Source: a virus (Duplodnaviria > Caudoviricetes). Taken from it: a DNA stretch of 25,268 bases. Position 1 is the first letter of the stretch, and each line of letters begins with the position of its first letter. A model generated the notes under the pieces. That model made no database searches. It was not told the DNA's origin and saw only the letters and a list, made by a program, of their open reading frames with translations. The stretch covers positions 1 through 25,268 of IMG/VR virus record IMGVR_UViG_3300020044_000012; one strand, 5' to 3'. Positions 17,043-25,268 of the stretch are shown piece after piece. The translations under genes were made by a program, and so were the position numbers.

Positions 17043-17564
17043 TTAGGTGTTGTTAGACCATCCGTAGGAGTTGCCGCCAACAGGGTGAATGACAAACTCA
17101 AATTTGCCTTCAGCAGAGGGAGACATATCCCATTTCAGACCGCCAATGCGACCATTGAAAGCATAAGCCACAGTATCAGTGCCGTCATAGACTGCAACAA
17201 CGTATGTGCGAATGATTGTGCCGTTTGTGCCGTCTTCACGAACCAACAACTGTGCAGTGTCAGCAGGGTTCCAAGGGGCTGTAATACTGAGCGAAGTCAC
17301 TTGATTTTGGGTAGTGATTTTTGCGCCAGTACGTGCGCCTGCAATTGAGTATGCGGCAAACGCGTCATCAGAACCAAATGGGGGTACTGCCTCAACTGGA
17401 ATTTGGATACCAGTAGTGCCTAAACCACCTGCTTCAGTGCCGATAATGGGTTCAACGTTTGCCCATGTACCTAATTGGGTATCAGTCAACGCTGTTGGTG
17501 AGTCTGCCTCTTGCATCCATAGCGTTGCTACGTAGCCAGGTAAAACCTTATTAATGAGAGCCAT
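17043..17564 (-). CDS. Major tail (tube) protein
   Basis: 173 aa, acidic and beta-rich (SLSITAPWNPAD..Q, YAFNGRI); AAGGA RBS; followed by a terminator; synteny. Confidence 0.8.
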   Translation of the reverse strand: MALINKVLPGYVATLWMQEADSPTALTDTQLGTWANVEPIIGTEAGGLGTTGIQIPVEAVPPFGSDDAFAAYSIAGARTGAKITTQNQVTSLSITAPWNPADTAQLLVREDGTNGTIIRTYVVAVYDGTDTVAYAFNGRIGGLKWDMSPSAEGKFEFVIHPVGGNSYGWSNNT

Positions 17565-17612
17565 TTTGCTTTCCTTTACATAAAAAAAATTTGTGGTTAA
17601 CCAATTCTTGTC

Positions 17613-18035
17613 TTATGTTGGAACGTAGAAGGTGCAATCCAAAATAATTTGGTTTAACCCCAATTCGTTGTCATAGGTATTGTAGAGCCATACGCAATCA
17701 ACTTTGGCAACAAAAAAGCCGTTGTCAGTTGGGTCGCCAAACATCCCCGAATAACCATGGAGGGATTGTAGTATTGTGTTTGACAAATTGAAAGCGTCAT
17801 TCATGTTTTGGGCAAAAACTGTTGCCTGAAACGTTGGCGAATCAATACCTTTATTGCTCTGAGTCTGACCCGTATAGACTGGCTGATGCACGTTACGCAG
17901 GTGCCAAGTCACAAACTTAGGCTGTTTTGCATAGTTGCGGTTAAACACGGCATACACAGGCACAGGCGACAATATGTCAGTGAGTTGCCACTGTATGCAC
18001 TGCGAATAAACTGTGGGGTCTTGTTGCGTACTCAT
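17613..18035 (-). CDS. Tail completion / terminator protein (DUF3168 / gpU position)
   Basis: 140 aa; PVY...PKFVTW...FQATVFA...LSNTILQSLHGYSG; directly precedes the tail tube. Confidence 0.7.
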   Translation of the reverse strand: MSTQQDPTVYSQCIQWQLTDILSPVPVYAVFNRNYAKQPKFVTWHLRNVHQPVYTGQTQSNKGIDSPTFQATVFAQNMNDAFNLSNTILQSLHGYSGMFGDPTDNGFFVAKVDCVWLYNTYDNELGLNQIILDCTFYVPT

Positions 18036-18376
18036 ACAGGCGTTGTCGGGTCGTTACGATAACAAATGAACGTCACGCGCATCCTGTCATTGGATTCACG
18101 CACATCGGTGACGCGCCAATCAAAGCCGCGCCATGTGATTGAGTACAAATCTTGATTGTCAACAACCTCTTTGACGTTAGGCGTGTAATTCAACGTAATG
18201 TTGACCAAATCTTGATACACGCGATATCGCTCTGTAATACGTAATGAGTTTGCTACGTCAGCAACTAAACCCCTTGTCTCAAACCAAGGTGTAATAGTTG
18301 TTGTGTATTGACCAATCGAATCTATGCCGTTGACGACATGATTCATGGTCAAATTCTCATAGCGTTTGATACCCAT
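18032..18376 (-). CDS. Head closure / head-tail joining protein (SPP1 gp16-like)
   Basis: 114 aa; DSIGQY..W, ITWRGFDWRVTDV...FIC pattern; synteny. Confidence 0.7.
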   Translation of the reverse strand: MGIKRYENLTMNHVVNGIDSIGQYTTTITPWFETRGLVADVANSLRITERYRVYQDLVNITLNYTPNVKEVVDNQDLYSITWRGFDWRVTDVRESNDRMRVTFICYRNDPTTPV

Positions 18377-19038
18377 TACATCACCAAGGGTTTATACGGG
18401 CGCAACAAAGTGGCAACGCCAAACGGGATTTCGTACAACTTGTTTTCAGTCGTGTTTGAACGATTGTTATAAATGTGCGTCAATAGCATCAAACCCGCTT
18501 GTTTAATCACAGGATACTGCGAAATGATATTTGGGTTCTGAGTATAGGTAACTGTAATTGGATTCGCTACAGTTTGATTTAACGTGTTTGGGATAGTGTT
18601 TAAGATAACCCGATTGCCCGTTGGGTCATACGAGTACGTACTTGGCGCAATTAACACGGGAACTGTGTTTGATGATGAGTAAAACTCAACCTTGTTAATT
18701 GTCACGCCTTGATTGCATCCGTTGGGACCACTGACAGCAGGCAAGTCCAAGAACACGGCAGTGTTATACAACCCAAAATTGGGGTAATACACTTTCCATG
18801 TAACTGGAAAAATAGACATCCCAAGAAAGTCCTCAATTGCCATACGAGTCGCCAATTCAATTGACGACAAGTATGTGTCCTGACTTTCATCCATGAACAG
18901 ATTGAGTTGCTGTGTGATTTCCTCAAGCGTCAGCCAACCAGTGACCAAATCACGATTGATTTGTTCAAATTTCGCGTAATTAAACGGATTCCGTTGGTCG
19001 GAATAAAAAGGCGCGAGTGTTTGATTCTCAACTGCCAT
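18376..19038 (-). CDS. Head-tail connector (HK97 gp6 / phiE125 gp8-like adaptor)
   Basis: 220 aa; LTLEEITQQL...DTYL...AIEDFLG and PVIKQAGLMLLTHIYNNR...IPFGVATLLRPYK. Confidence 0.88.
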   Translation of the reverse strand: MAVENQTLAPFYSDQRNPFNYAKFEQINRDLVTGWLTLEEITQQLNLFMDESQDTYLSSIELATRMAIEDFLGMSIFPVTWKVYYPNFGLYNTAVFLDLPAVSGPNGCNQGVTINKVEFYSSSNTVPVLIAPSTYSYDPTGNRVILNTIPNTLNQTVANPITVTYTQNPNIISQYPVIKQAGLMLLTHIYNNRSNTTENKLYEIPFGVATLLRPYKPLVM

Positions 19039-19049
19039 TAGATTACCCC

Positions 19050-20069
19050 TTAATCAACGCCACGAACGCCTGCAAACGGGTCACGGATGGTACTGACCAT
19101 TCGTTTCTCGCACCACAGAGTTAAAAAGCCTGGAGTTGTTTGTTCAAAAGTTTGAATTGTCATTTCTTCAACGTCAGCAATCTGCAAAAAGCGATTCCAG
19201 TTTGCCAAGTAAACGGGATAAATGTCGTTGAGATATGGGTTAATAACTACGGGTGCGCCAAAAATTGAACCCACTGCACCGCCTTCACCCTTTTCACCAA
19301 GTTCCAAGAACTTAGGCAAGCCTTGCTCGTCAGCCAAATTGCGGAGACCTTTGATAAATTTTGGAGTCATGTGCCATGCCGTTGTTGGCATACCCCAATA
19401 TTGCGCGGGTAACGCATCACCCAATGCAACAATTTGTGCATACGTCGGTGATACTGAATTCACAGCAACTTCGACCACTGTGTGAATACCATCAGTCATT
19501 TGCGTGCCTGATGTACCAAACTCTGCGGTAGATGCTCCTAAATACATATTAAGACCACGCAGTCCGTTAGTCGCGCCAGTTGTTGTGGTAACAGAACCCG
19601 ATTGGTCGTTGTTTAAAACCATTGAGTATGCTTCTGCCTGTGCAAATTCAAGTGTCAAATCTTGGATTAACTCTTGTTGCAAACCATTGATGTCATCAAG
19701 AGCCGCCAAGCGAATAGGCAGTTGTGCAGATAGAACGCGAGTAGGCAATACCCACGTACTTGTTGCCGTGTCGGGCGTGCCCGTGTTAGGCGTAAATGAA
19801 TAACCCCATGGGTCAGATTGTGTCAAAGCATTACCAGTTTTGGCAACAAATTGCACAGCCGACATATTAGGAGTTTTAATATTTAATGCGCCCATGCGAA
19901 AGGGGTTTGCATAACGCAATGCGGCAAAAGCATCATCAAAATAAGTGCGGCCACCAATATCCAAGCCTGAACCAGTAATTGTCGAGGCTTCGCGCAAATC
20001 AATAGTGACTTTGCCGCCTTCGTTGATTGCTTTTTTGATGCCGTCTAAAATTTTTTGGTTTGCACTCAT
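19050..20069 (-). CDS. Second HK97-fold capsid protein (paralogue lacking the long delta domain)
   Basis: 339 aa, colinear with the adjacent capsid gene (EAS..TGSG..IGGRT, PIR.AALDDI.GL, GLRGLN.Y, LP.QYW, IFGAPVVINPYL, EQT.PGF.T...EKR, DPF); AAGGA RBS. Confidence 0.9.
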   Translation of the reverse strand: MSANQKILDGIKKAINEGGKVTIDLREASTITGSGLDIGGRTYFDDAFAALRYANPFRMGALNIKTPNMSAVQFVAKTGNALTQSDPWGYSFTPNTGTPDTATSTWVLPTRVLSAQLPIRLAALDDINGLQQELIQDLTLEFAQAEAYSMVLNNDQSGSVTTTTGATNGLRGLNMYLGASTAEFGTSGTQMTDGIHTVVEVAVNSVSPTYAQIVALGDALPAQYWGMPTTAWHMTPKFIKGLRNLADEQGLPKFLELGEKGEGGAVGSIFGAPVVINPYLNDIYPVYLANWNRFLQIADVEEMTIQTFEQTTPGFLTLWCEKRMVSTIRDPFAGVRGVD

Positions 20070-20090
20070 TTTGATAATTCCTTAAAGATT

Positions 20091-20121
20091 AAAAGAGGGG
20101 AGAGTTTTACCTCTCCCCTTT
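20091..20121 (-). terminator. Intrinsic terminator between the two capsid genes
   Basis: AGGGGAGAG-GTAAAA-CTCTCCCCT-CTTTT: perfect 9-bp stem with short U tract. Confidence 0.8.
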
Positions 20122-20125
20122 AGTC

Positions 20126-21487
20126 TTACGCTACGTCGTAACCAGTAGCAGTTGAGCGATAGCGGATAATGCTAAATGGATCGACCACGCTCGATGCCAA
20201 ACGTTTTTCCCCGTAGAAAGTTATAAATCCTGGGGCTGTCTGTTCGTAGCGACGCAGAACCATGTTAAGCCTGTCCACGATTGTGTGGCCACGATTCCAA
20301 TCACCAAAGTACATTGGGTACAACGATGTGGAGCCACCACCACCGACAGACACAGGGCTGTTCAAGTAGGAGTTAACCACTACGTCAAAGCCAAGCAATT
20401 TGCCGACGATGCCATCATAGACCAAGGGAGACATACGTTCAAACACAGGCGTGCCGTTGTCGTCAACCAAGCCGCGGATACCAGACAACATCAAGGGGTT
20501 GATGATGAACTTGTTACCAGTGGACCAGTATTGTTGTGGCAAACTGTGAATGAATGTAATTAAATCACCATAGGTCACGTTGTTGCTTGCTGTACCACCA
20601 TTTGTTGTCAATTGGTCGTAAGTAGCAATGTCGTGCATACCATTTGATGATGCTGTACCGCTAGTGCCGTATGCCGCAGTGCTGATTGTGCCGCCTGCGT
20701 ATGATGGGTTATCGCCACCATAACTATTTAGACCACGCAAACCATCTGTTTGACCAGTGCTAACAGTTGTTGAACCCGCTTGGTCCGAGTTCAAAATCAT
20801 GGACAAACCTTCTTGTTGCGAGAATTCTTGCAACATATCGTCCACGACATTTGATTCCAAGCCATCGATGTCATCCAAAGCCGCAGTACGGATTGGGAAC
20901 TGAACGTTGATGTCTTGCATATTCAACTGCCAAATGCTTGTCGCTTCAGTAGTTGGATTGGGACCGCTTGAGGTGTTGTTGTTAATGCCATATCCCCAAA
21001 ATGCGCCCGCGTTGCCAATTTTTGCTCTAAATTGGTACGTTGAGCCATCAGTGGATACGTTACGTGAGACACCGCGCATGGGGTTAATCAAACGCAGTTT
21101 GTGGAACACTGGGTCATATGCTGTGCGACCACCGATGCCTGCGCCAGAGCCAGTCAACTGTGATGCTTCAGTCATGTACGCACTGTACTGGTCCTCAGAT
21201 TCCCACAGTTTTAATTCTGTGTGAACGCGTGAGTTACCTTTTGTAAACGCTACAAGTTGTTCTTTAAAGCGACGATTTACGTCACCGCGAACAGTTTTGT
21301 GTGGAGTGCGAATGTACTCAGGGATTTGAATCGATGCAACTTTTGCTTCCAAAGCGGCAAACTTTTCACTCATCTCATTTTTTGCTGTTTCTACTGATGC
21401 AGAAACTTCAGTTTTGACTGCTTCAATTTTTGCTTCGTTAGATGCGCCAATTGCGTCAACTTTTTCAATAATTTTATCCATAGACAT
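20126..21487 (-). CDS. Major capsid protein, HK97 family
   Basis: 453 aa; N-terminal ~107-aa coiled-coil-like delta/scaffold region; ALDDI, GKLLGFDVVVNSYL, MYFGDWNRGHTIVDR, FYGEKR; follows the protease. Confidence 0.95.
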   Translation of the reverse strand: MSMDKIIEKVDAIGASNEAKIEAVKTEVSASVETAKNEMSEKFAALEAKVASIQIPEYIRTPHKTVRGDVNRRFKEQLVAFTKGNSRVHTELKLWESEDQYSAYMTEASQLTGSGAGIGGRTAYDPVFHKLRLINPMRGVSRNVSTDGSTYQFRAKIGNAGAFWGYGINNNTSSGPNPTTEATSIWQLNMQDINVQFPIRTAALDDIDGLESNVVDDMLQEFSQQEGLSMILNSDQAGSTTVSTGQTDGLRGLNSYGGDNPSYAGGTISTAAYGTSGTASSNGMHDIATYDQLTTNGGTASNNVTYGDLITFIHSLPQQYWSTGNKFIINPLMLSGIRGLVDDNGTPVFERMSPLVYDGIVGKLLGFDVVVNSYLNSPVSVGGGGSTSLYPMYFGDWNRGHTIVDRLNMVLRRYEQTAPGFITFYGEKRLASSVVDPFSIIRYRSTATGYDVA

Positions 21488-21502
21488 GATGATGTCCTTT
21501 CT

Positions 21503-22291
21503 TTAGATACGTTTTTCAAGTGCCTTGACTAACTCACGCGCTTCAAAAGCGGCAAGCAACTCATCGGCTTCATTTACCACCGCTTCAGGCTCACCCTGAT
21601 TTGGTAGAGATTCAATAGACACAGAAACCGCCTCACGCTGTTCCAATGCTTTCTTGAATACCAAAGATGCGGTGGTCGCATCCTTCCGAGTCAGACCCGC
21701 CTCACGCAAGGTCTTTTCGACTGTACGAATGTTCAACAACCCTTCAGTCGTGAACATTTCTAATTTGTTAATCTCTGCATTTGGATTATTTGGGTACATC
21801 ACAATGGATACTTCGCGCAAACCGCCTTTTGTGATTTGAAAATATGCTTCTTCGCAATCGTCATCACATGGTTCGCCATCAGCATCGACCATTTGTGCCT
21901 CGTCAGCGTATGCACCAACAGAAACACCGCCAAACATCTTTGGAGATTCTTTCAAGATTTGATACAAGTCGTTGCCGCCAACAGTGTTTGTGTACAAGCG
22001 ACCTTTTGCAGTCATGCCTGTGTCGTCAAACTCAAATGCGTTCCACTCGCCCATGGGCATACCCAAGTCGTTGTGATTTAGGAACATTGGCAAAGGTTTG
22101 TCGCCTGAATTGAACTCTTTGGCCCAATCCATAAAACCTTCAGGTTGGTAATTGAACTTTCGGCCGTCCGCGCCCTCGCGTGCGCCCCATGTTGTTACTC
22201 GGGCCTCCATCATGCCCAATGGGTTTTGCGCTTCGTTTGCGCCAGCCGCTAGTTGTACTTGCGCTTCGCAAATTAGAGTTAAATTCTTCAT
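21503..22291 (-). CDS. Prohead (capsid maturation) protease, HK97/S78 family
   Basis: 262 aa; LPMFLNHN, MGEW, GVSVG, LREVSIVMYPNNP; C-terminal IRTVEKTLREAGLTRKDA. Confidence 0.92.
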   Translation of the reverse strand: MKNLTLICEAQVQLAAGANEAQNPLGMMEARVTTWGAREGADGRKFNYQPEGFMDWAKEFNSGDKPLPMFLNHNDLGMPMGEWNAFEFDDTGMTAKGRLYTNTVGGNDLYQILKESPKMFGGVSVGAYADEAQMVDADGEPCDDDCEEAYFQITKGGLREVSIVMYPNNPNAEINKLEMFTTEGLLNIRTVEKTLREAGLTRKDATTASLVFKKALEQREAVSVSIESLPNQGEPEAVVNEADELLAAFEARELVKALEKRI

Positions 22292-22421
22292 TTATCACCC
22301 CGTTGTGAATAGATTGATTGTCGTCTTTTATCTTGTGGGGTATCTCTGCCGTGGCGAGTGTAACATCACTTGACTTGATTTGTGAAGTGAGTGCAACGAG
22401 CATTTTTTTCAAATTGTTCAT
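22140..22421 (-). CDS. Possible small ORF between portal and protease (overlaps protease 5' end)
   Basis: ATG overlaps the portal stop (TAATG); 93 aa, of which the last 152 nt overlap the protease gene in another frame; no recognisable motif. Confidence 0.3.
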   Translation of the reverse strand: MNNLKKMLVALTSQIKSSDVTLATAEIPHKIKDDNQSIHNGVINEEFNSNLRSASTTSGWRKRSAKPIGHDGGPSNNMGRTRGRGRPKVQLPT

Positions 22422-23815
22422 TATGTTGCGCCAATGTTCATCTTTTTCGTCTGATTTCCACCGCCACCGCCCGTATCTTGTGGTGAAGTCCCCTTCATAG
22501 GTTCGTTAGCACCACCGCTTGCGACCAACTCGTCACCGCCATCGATGCGGCACATATTCAGATACTCGCGTGCCTCATTTGGGGTCATGATACCCGCCTT
22601 TACTGCGGATGTCACAAAATTCATTTGGTCGAGTGGCGCACCCTTGAGAAAATCTTTTGTATCAAAGCGTACACACAGATTTGGGTAACCTTTAAACAAA
22701 TGTTGTTTCAGTTTTTGCTCGACATTAATCACAGTCGGATACATCACTGTTTTATAAAACTCATCAAGCATTGTTTGAGTATTATTATATTTTTGGTCTG
22801 CAATACCAAGCATTGCGGGAGGCACGCCAAACAAACCGCAAATGCGTTTCATTGTTTGAATTTTTAACTCTGCCGCTTCTGCGTCTTGCAATGTCAGCAT
22901 CTTAATTGGGTCGTACTTCATGCCTTGGTCGAGCAACATACCCTGACCCGCCTTAGATGGGTCTGTGTTACGACTGCCCGTCATGGCGTTCCAAGTCTCT
23001 TTGATGCGTGACGCGATTTCTTTGAACTTTGCGTCAGGAATCACTTGGTCAGTGTAGAAAATGCCCGAGGGTTTAGCCCCGTTTTGCATGATGAAGTTGG
23101 CATACACATCGATGTCTTGGTCAAGCGCAATTAACTCAGTCGCCAAAATGCCCTTGTTAAAGCCTGACGAGCCTTGCCATGCCGCCTCTTTGATGTGCAT
23201 GACTTGATGTGATTCAAGCGGTGTGTCTTTGCTGAACCCGTACGAGGGTGAACTTAGAACGTATTGTGGGTAATTACCCGCAGTGAGTTTGACTGTAATC
23301 AGCGTCGCATCGAGGTTGTACATCTCAACAGGCGTTTGCACAGGGTCTTTTTGGTCTTTGCGCCACCATAGCGTGAAGCACTCGCCTGCCAAGTCTTGCC
23401 ACATCATCCATTGATACCAAAACTCGTATGCGCTTTGAAAGTTGTTTGGGTTTTGTAATAGATTGATAACTTGTTGCGCTTTTGCTTTATCGCGTGCGCC
23501 AATGCTCGGGTCTGTCAGCGCATCGACTAAACCGCCATCTTTGTTCTTTGCCATGATGGAAATGCCGCATTGCGATAGTGCGCGTGCTTTGACACCGACG
23601 CATCCCATGACTGTACTGTTACGCGTAAGCGCAGACATATCAAGTACACGACCCGCGACTGTGGTACTTGATGTCGTGACGTACAATAATTGCTGTGCGG
23701 GTTGCTTGTTATTTTGCCCAATAACGACCTGATTACCCAATTGCAACTGCCCAAGAACGACGTTTGATTCGTTTTTAACGTCATTTTTCTTGCTGAAAAC
23801 ATCGAAAATACCCAT
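22421..23815 (-). CDS. Portal protein, HK97 family
   Basis: 464 aa; LLQNPNNFQSAYEFW, NGAKPSG, LDQGMKY, ICGLFGVPPAMLG, GIMTPNEAR...GGDEL; AGGAG RBS. Confidence 0.96.
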   Translation of the reverse strand: MGIFDVFSKKNDVKNESNVVLGQLQLGNQVVIGQNNKQPAQQLLYVTTSSTTVAGRVLDMSALTRNSTVMGCVGVKARALSQCGISIMAKNKDGGLVDALTDPSIGARDKAKAQQVINLLQNPNNFQSAYEFWYQWMMWQDLAGECFTLWWRKDQKDPVQTPVEMYNLDATLITVKLTAGNYPQYVLSSPSYGFSKDTPLESHQVMHIKEAAWQGSSGFNKGILATELIALDQDIDVYANFIMQNGAKPSGIFYTDQVIPDAKFKEIASRIKETWNAMTGSRNTDPSKAGQGMLLDQGMKYDPIKMLTLQDAEAAELKIQTMKRICGLFGVPPAMLGIADQKYNNTQTMLDEFYKTVMYPTVINVEQKLKQHLFKGYPNLCVRFDTKDFLKGAPLDQMNFVTSAVKAGIMTPNEAREYLNMCRIDGGDELVASGGANEPMKGTSPQDTGGGGGNQTKKMNIGAT

Positions 23816-23845
23816 GTTTTTCTCCTAAATTTCCGCAATCCTACA

Positions 23846-24115
23846 TTAAAACGCACGAAATCCAAAACTATCGCTTACATAGGGGTTATCCAGAGAGCAA
23901 TGTGCCGCAATAATCATTGAAATTATGCCGTCAACCTTTGCCGCTTTGTCTGCTTCGTTCTTGCGTACCTTGATATTACCATTAACGTCTGTGTAGCACT
24001 CACAGTTTCCAAGTTGCCAACCAACAAACGGGTTGCCATTGTGCTTAATTTGTTTGTTGAGAATCAATTTCTCAATGTATTTACTTGGATTGTTTAGCAC
24101 TGCCATGCCTTGACC
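23846..24115 (-). CDS. terL: Terminase large subunit, C-terminal fragment (nuclease end)
   Basis: GQGMAVLNNPSKYIEKLI...HNGNPFVGWQLGN...DVNGNIKVRK...KVDGIISMIIA; directly upstream of the portal; homology stops at ~24115. Confidence 0.9.
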   Translation of the reverse strand, partial: GQGMAVLNNPSKYIEKLILNKQIKHNGNPFVGWQLGNCECYTDVNGNIKVRKNEADKAAKVDGIISMIIAAHCSLDNPYVSDSFGFRAF

Positions 24116-24120
24116 TGACC
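24111..24120. other. Inversion junction inside terL
   Basis: TGACC-TGACC; the minus-strand terL C-terminal piece ends and the plus-strand terL core begins here, right after an in-frame TGA at 24111-24113. Confidence 0.85.
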
Positions 24121-25268
24121 ATGTATTACAGTTTGCGGCAACATTACGTCATACTAAAGGCCCACAAGCGGGTGAAAACGTTGTACTTGAGCCGTTTCAG
24201 ATATTGTTAATTTGCGCGATATACGGGTTTCGTTCAAAGAAAAGTTTGACCAAACGCATGGTGACAGATGTCATTCTGTTCATTCCAAGAAAGGCGGGAA
24301 AATCGACTCTAACGGCAGTTTTGACGCTTTATGAACTTTTATTTGGCGAAGCGGGTCCCGAAGTGTTTACTCTTGCGACAAATCGTGAGCAAGCAACAAT
24401 TGTTTTTGATGCCGCCAAAGGGTTTATTGAATCGATGCCGCGAGAACTTGCAGAGTTGTTTAACCCAAGCAAATACAGTATCGGGAAAAAAGGCGACACA
24501 CAGTCAATGTTTAAAGCGTTAAGCAGAGACACAAAAAAATCGGGCGACGGCAAAAACCCATCAGCAGTCGTTGTTGACGAAGCCGCGCAGATTGTGGACA
24601 GAAACAGTATCGAGGTTCTGCACTCGGGTATGGTGGCTAGACAAAATCCACTAAGGGTTTATATTACGACTGCTTCGTTCACGAAGGACACAAAGTTTTA
24701 TGAGGACTTGTCCATGTATCAATCGATGCTTCGTGGCGAAGCAACTGACAATCCGCGTTGGTTTGGCTTGCTCTACGGACTCGATTTGGGCGATGATTGG
24801 CGTGACCCTATCAATTGGGCAAAAGCCAACCCAATGCACGGCATATCCGTGTTTGAAGACGCTATAACTGCACGCGCAGAAGAAGCAAAGCACAAGCCTG
24901 CCGCGCTTAATGAGTTTCTTTGTAAAACACTCAATGTTTGGGTTTCCGCAAACGCGGCATGGCTTGACAGACAACATTGGGATGACTCCGCGTGCGCGAT
25001 AGTTCCACGCACAGAAGAACCCGAGGCGGTGTTCATCGGCTTTGACTTGGCGGCTACACGCGACTTAAACGCAGTCTGCACGCTCAAAAGATATGGTGAA
25101 TTGGACTATGAGGCAGAGTGGCAGTTCTTTTTACCCGAAGATTCGTTGTCGTTTATCCCCAAACACTATCTCGACATTTTTCAAGTTGCGATTGCAAGCG
25201 GCATTTTAAAACTGACTGAGGGCAACGTCATGGATGACCGCGAAATCAGCGAGTACATAATCAATCAG
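24114..25268 (+). CDS. terL: Terminase large subunit, ATPase plus start of nuclease domain (inverted fragment, no native start, open at right edge)
   Basis: Not in the ORF track. Manual translation (385 codons): PDHVLQFAATLRHTKG...LEPFQ...IPRKAGKST (Walker A)...VVVDEAA (Walker B)...YITTAS (motif III)...WAKANP...FIGFDLAATRDL (RNase H Asp)...EGNVMDDREISEYIINQ. Confidence 0.93.

Noticed and set aside
17582-17672. Palindrome TGGTTAACCA plus T-run before the tail tube gene, and a loosely similar copy ~55 nt away
   Set aside because: Short, AT-rich and imperfect; cannot be distinguished from chance without comparative data.
1018-23848. None of the called genes ends in TAG: possible stop-codon reassignment
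   Set aside because: TAG is commonly the rarest stop, and all genes are full length under the standard code with no in-frame TAG to read through.
24329-25087. Short ORFs listed over the right end
   Set aside because: They overlap the plus-strand terminase frame, which carries all the conserved motifs.
1-25268. Host or lifestyle assignment; gene transfer agent
   Set aside because: No integrase, lysis, replication or host genes in the window; gene order and tape measure length do not match RcGTA-type clusters.

Overview
This window is the virion morphogenesis module of a tailed dsDNA phage or prophage with HK97/lambda-type siphovirus organisation, read on the minus strand. From right to left it encodes: terminase large subunit (C-terminal piece), portal, prohead protease, two tandem HK97-fold capsid paralogues, head-tail connector, head closure, tail completion, tail tube, a tail chaperone with a -1 frameshift, HK97 gp10-like protein, tape measure, and tail-tip genes including a GNAT-fold protein and a J-like central fibre. 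An accessory fibre/decoration block follows: chaperone, Ig-like adaptor, BclA-like GPT-collagen protein with an internal C1q/TNF-like domain, LamG+SPRY lectin-like protein, second chaperone, and a GT2+TPR glycosyltransferase. The glycosyltransferase runs off the left edge and was missed by the ORF track. Main points of interest: (1) a Thr-rich collagen fibre plus a protein-type glycosyltransferase, suggesting a spore-exosporium-like virion glycosylation system; (2) a two-capsid-protein head with long versus short propeptides, a shared E|AS site and a terminator between the genes, suggesting T4 gp23/gp24-like logic; (3) the terminase gene is split by an inversion junction at ~24114, which is either an amplification/assembly chimera or a real inversion. 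All family assignments come from motif recognition and synteny; no database search was run.
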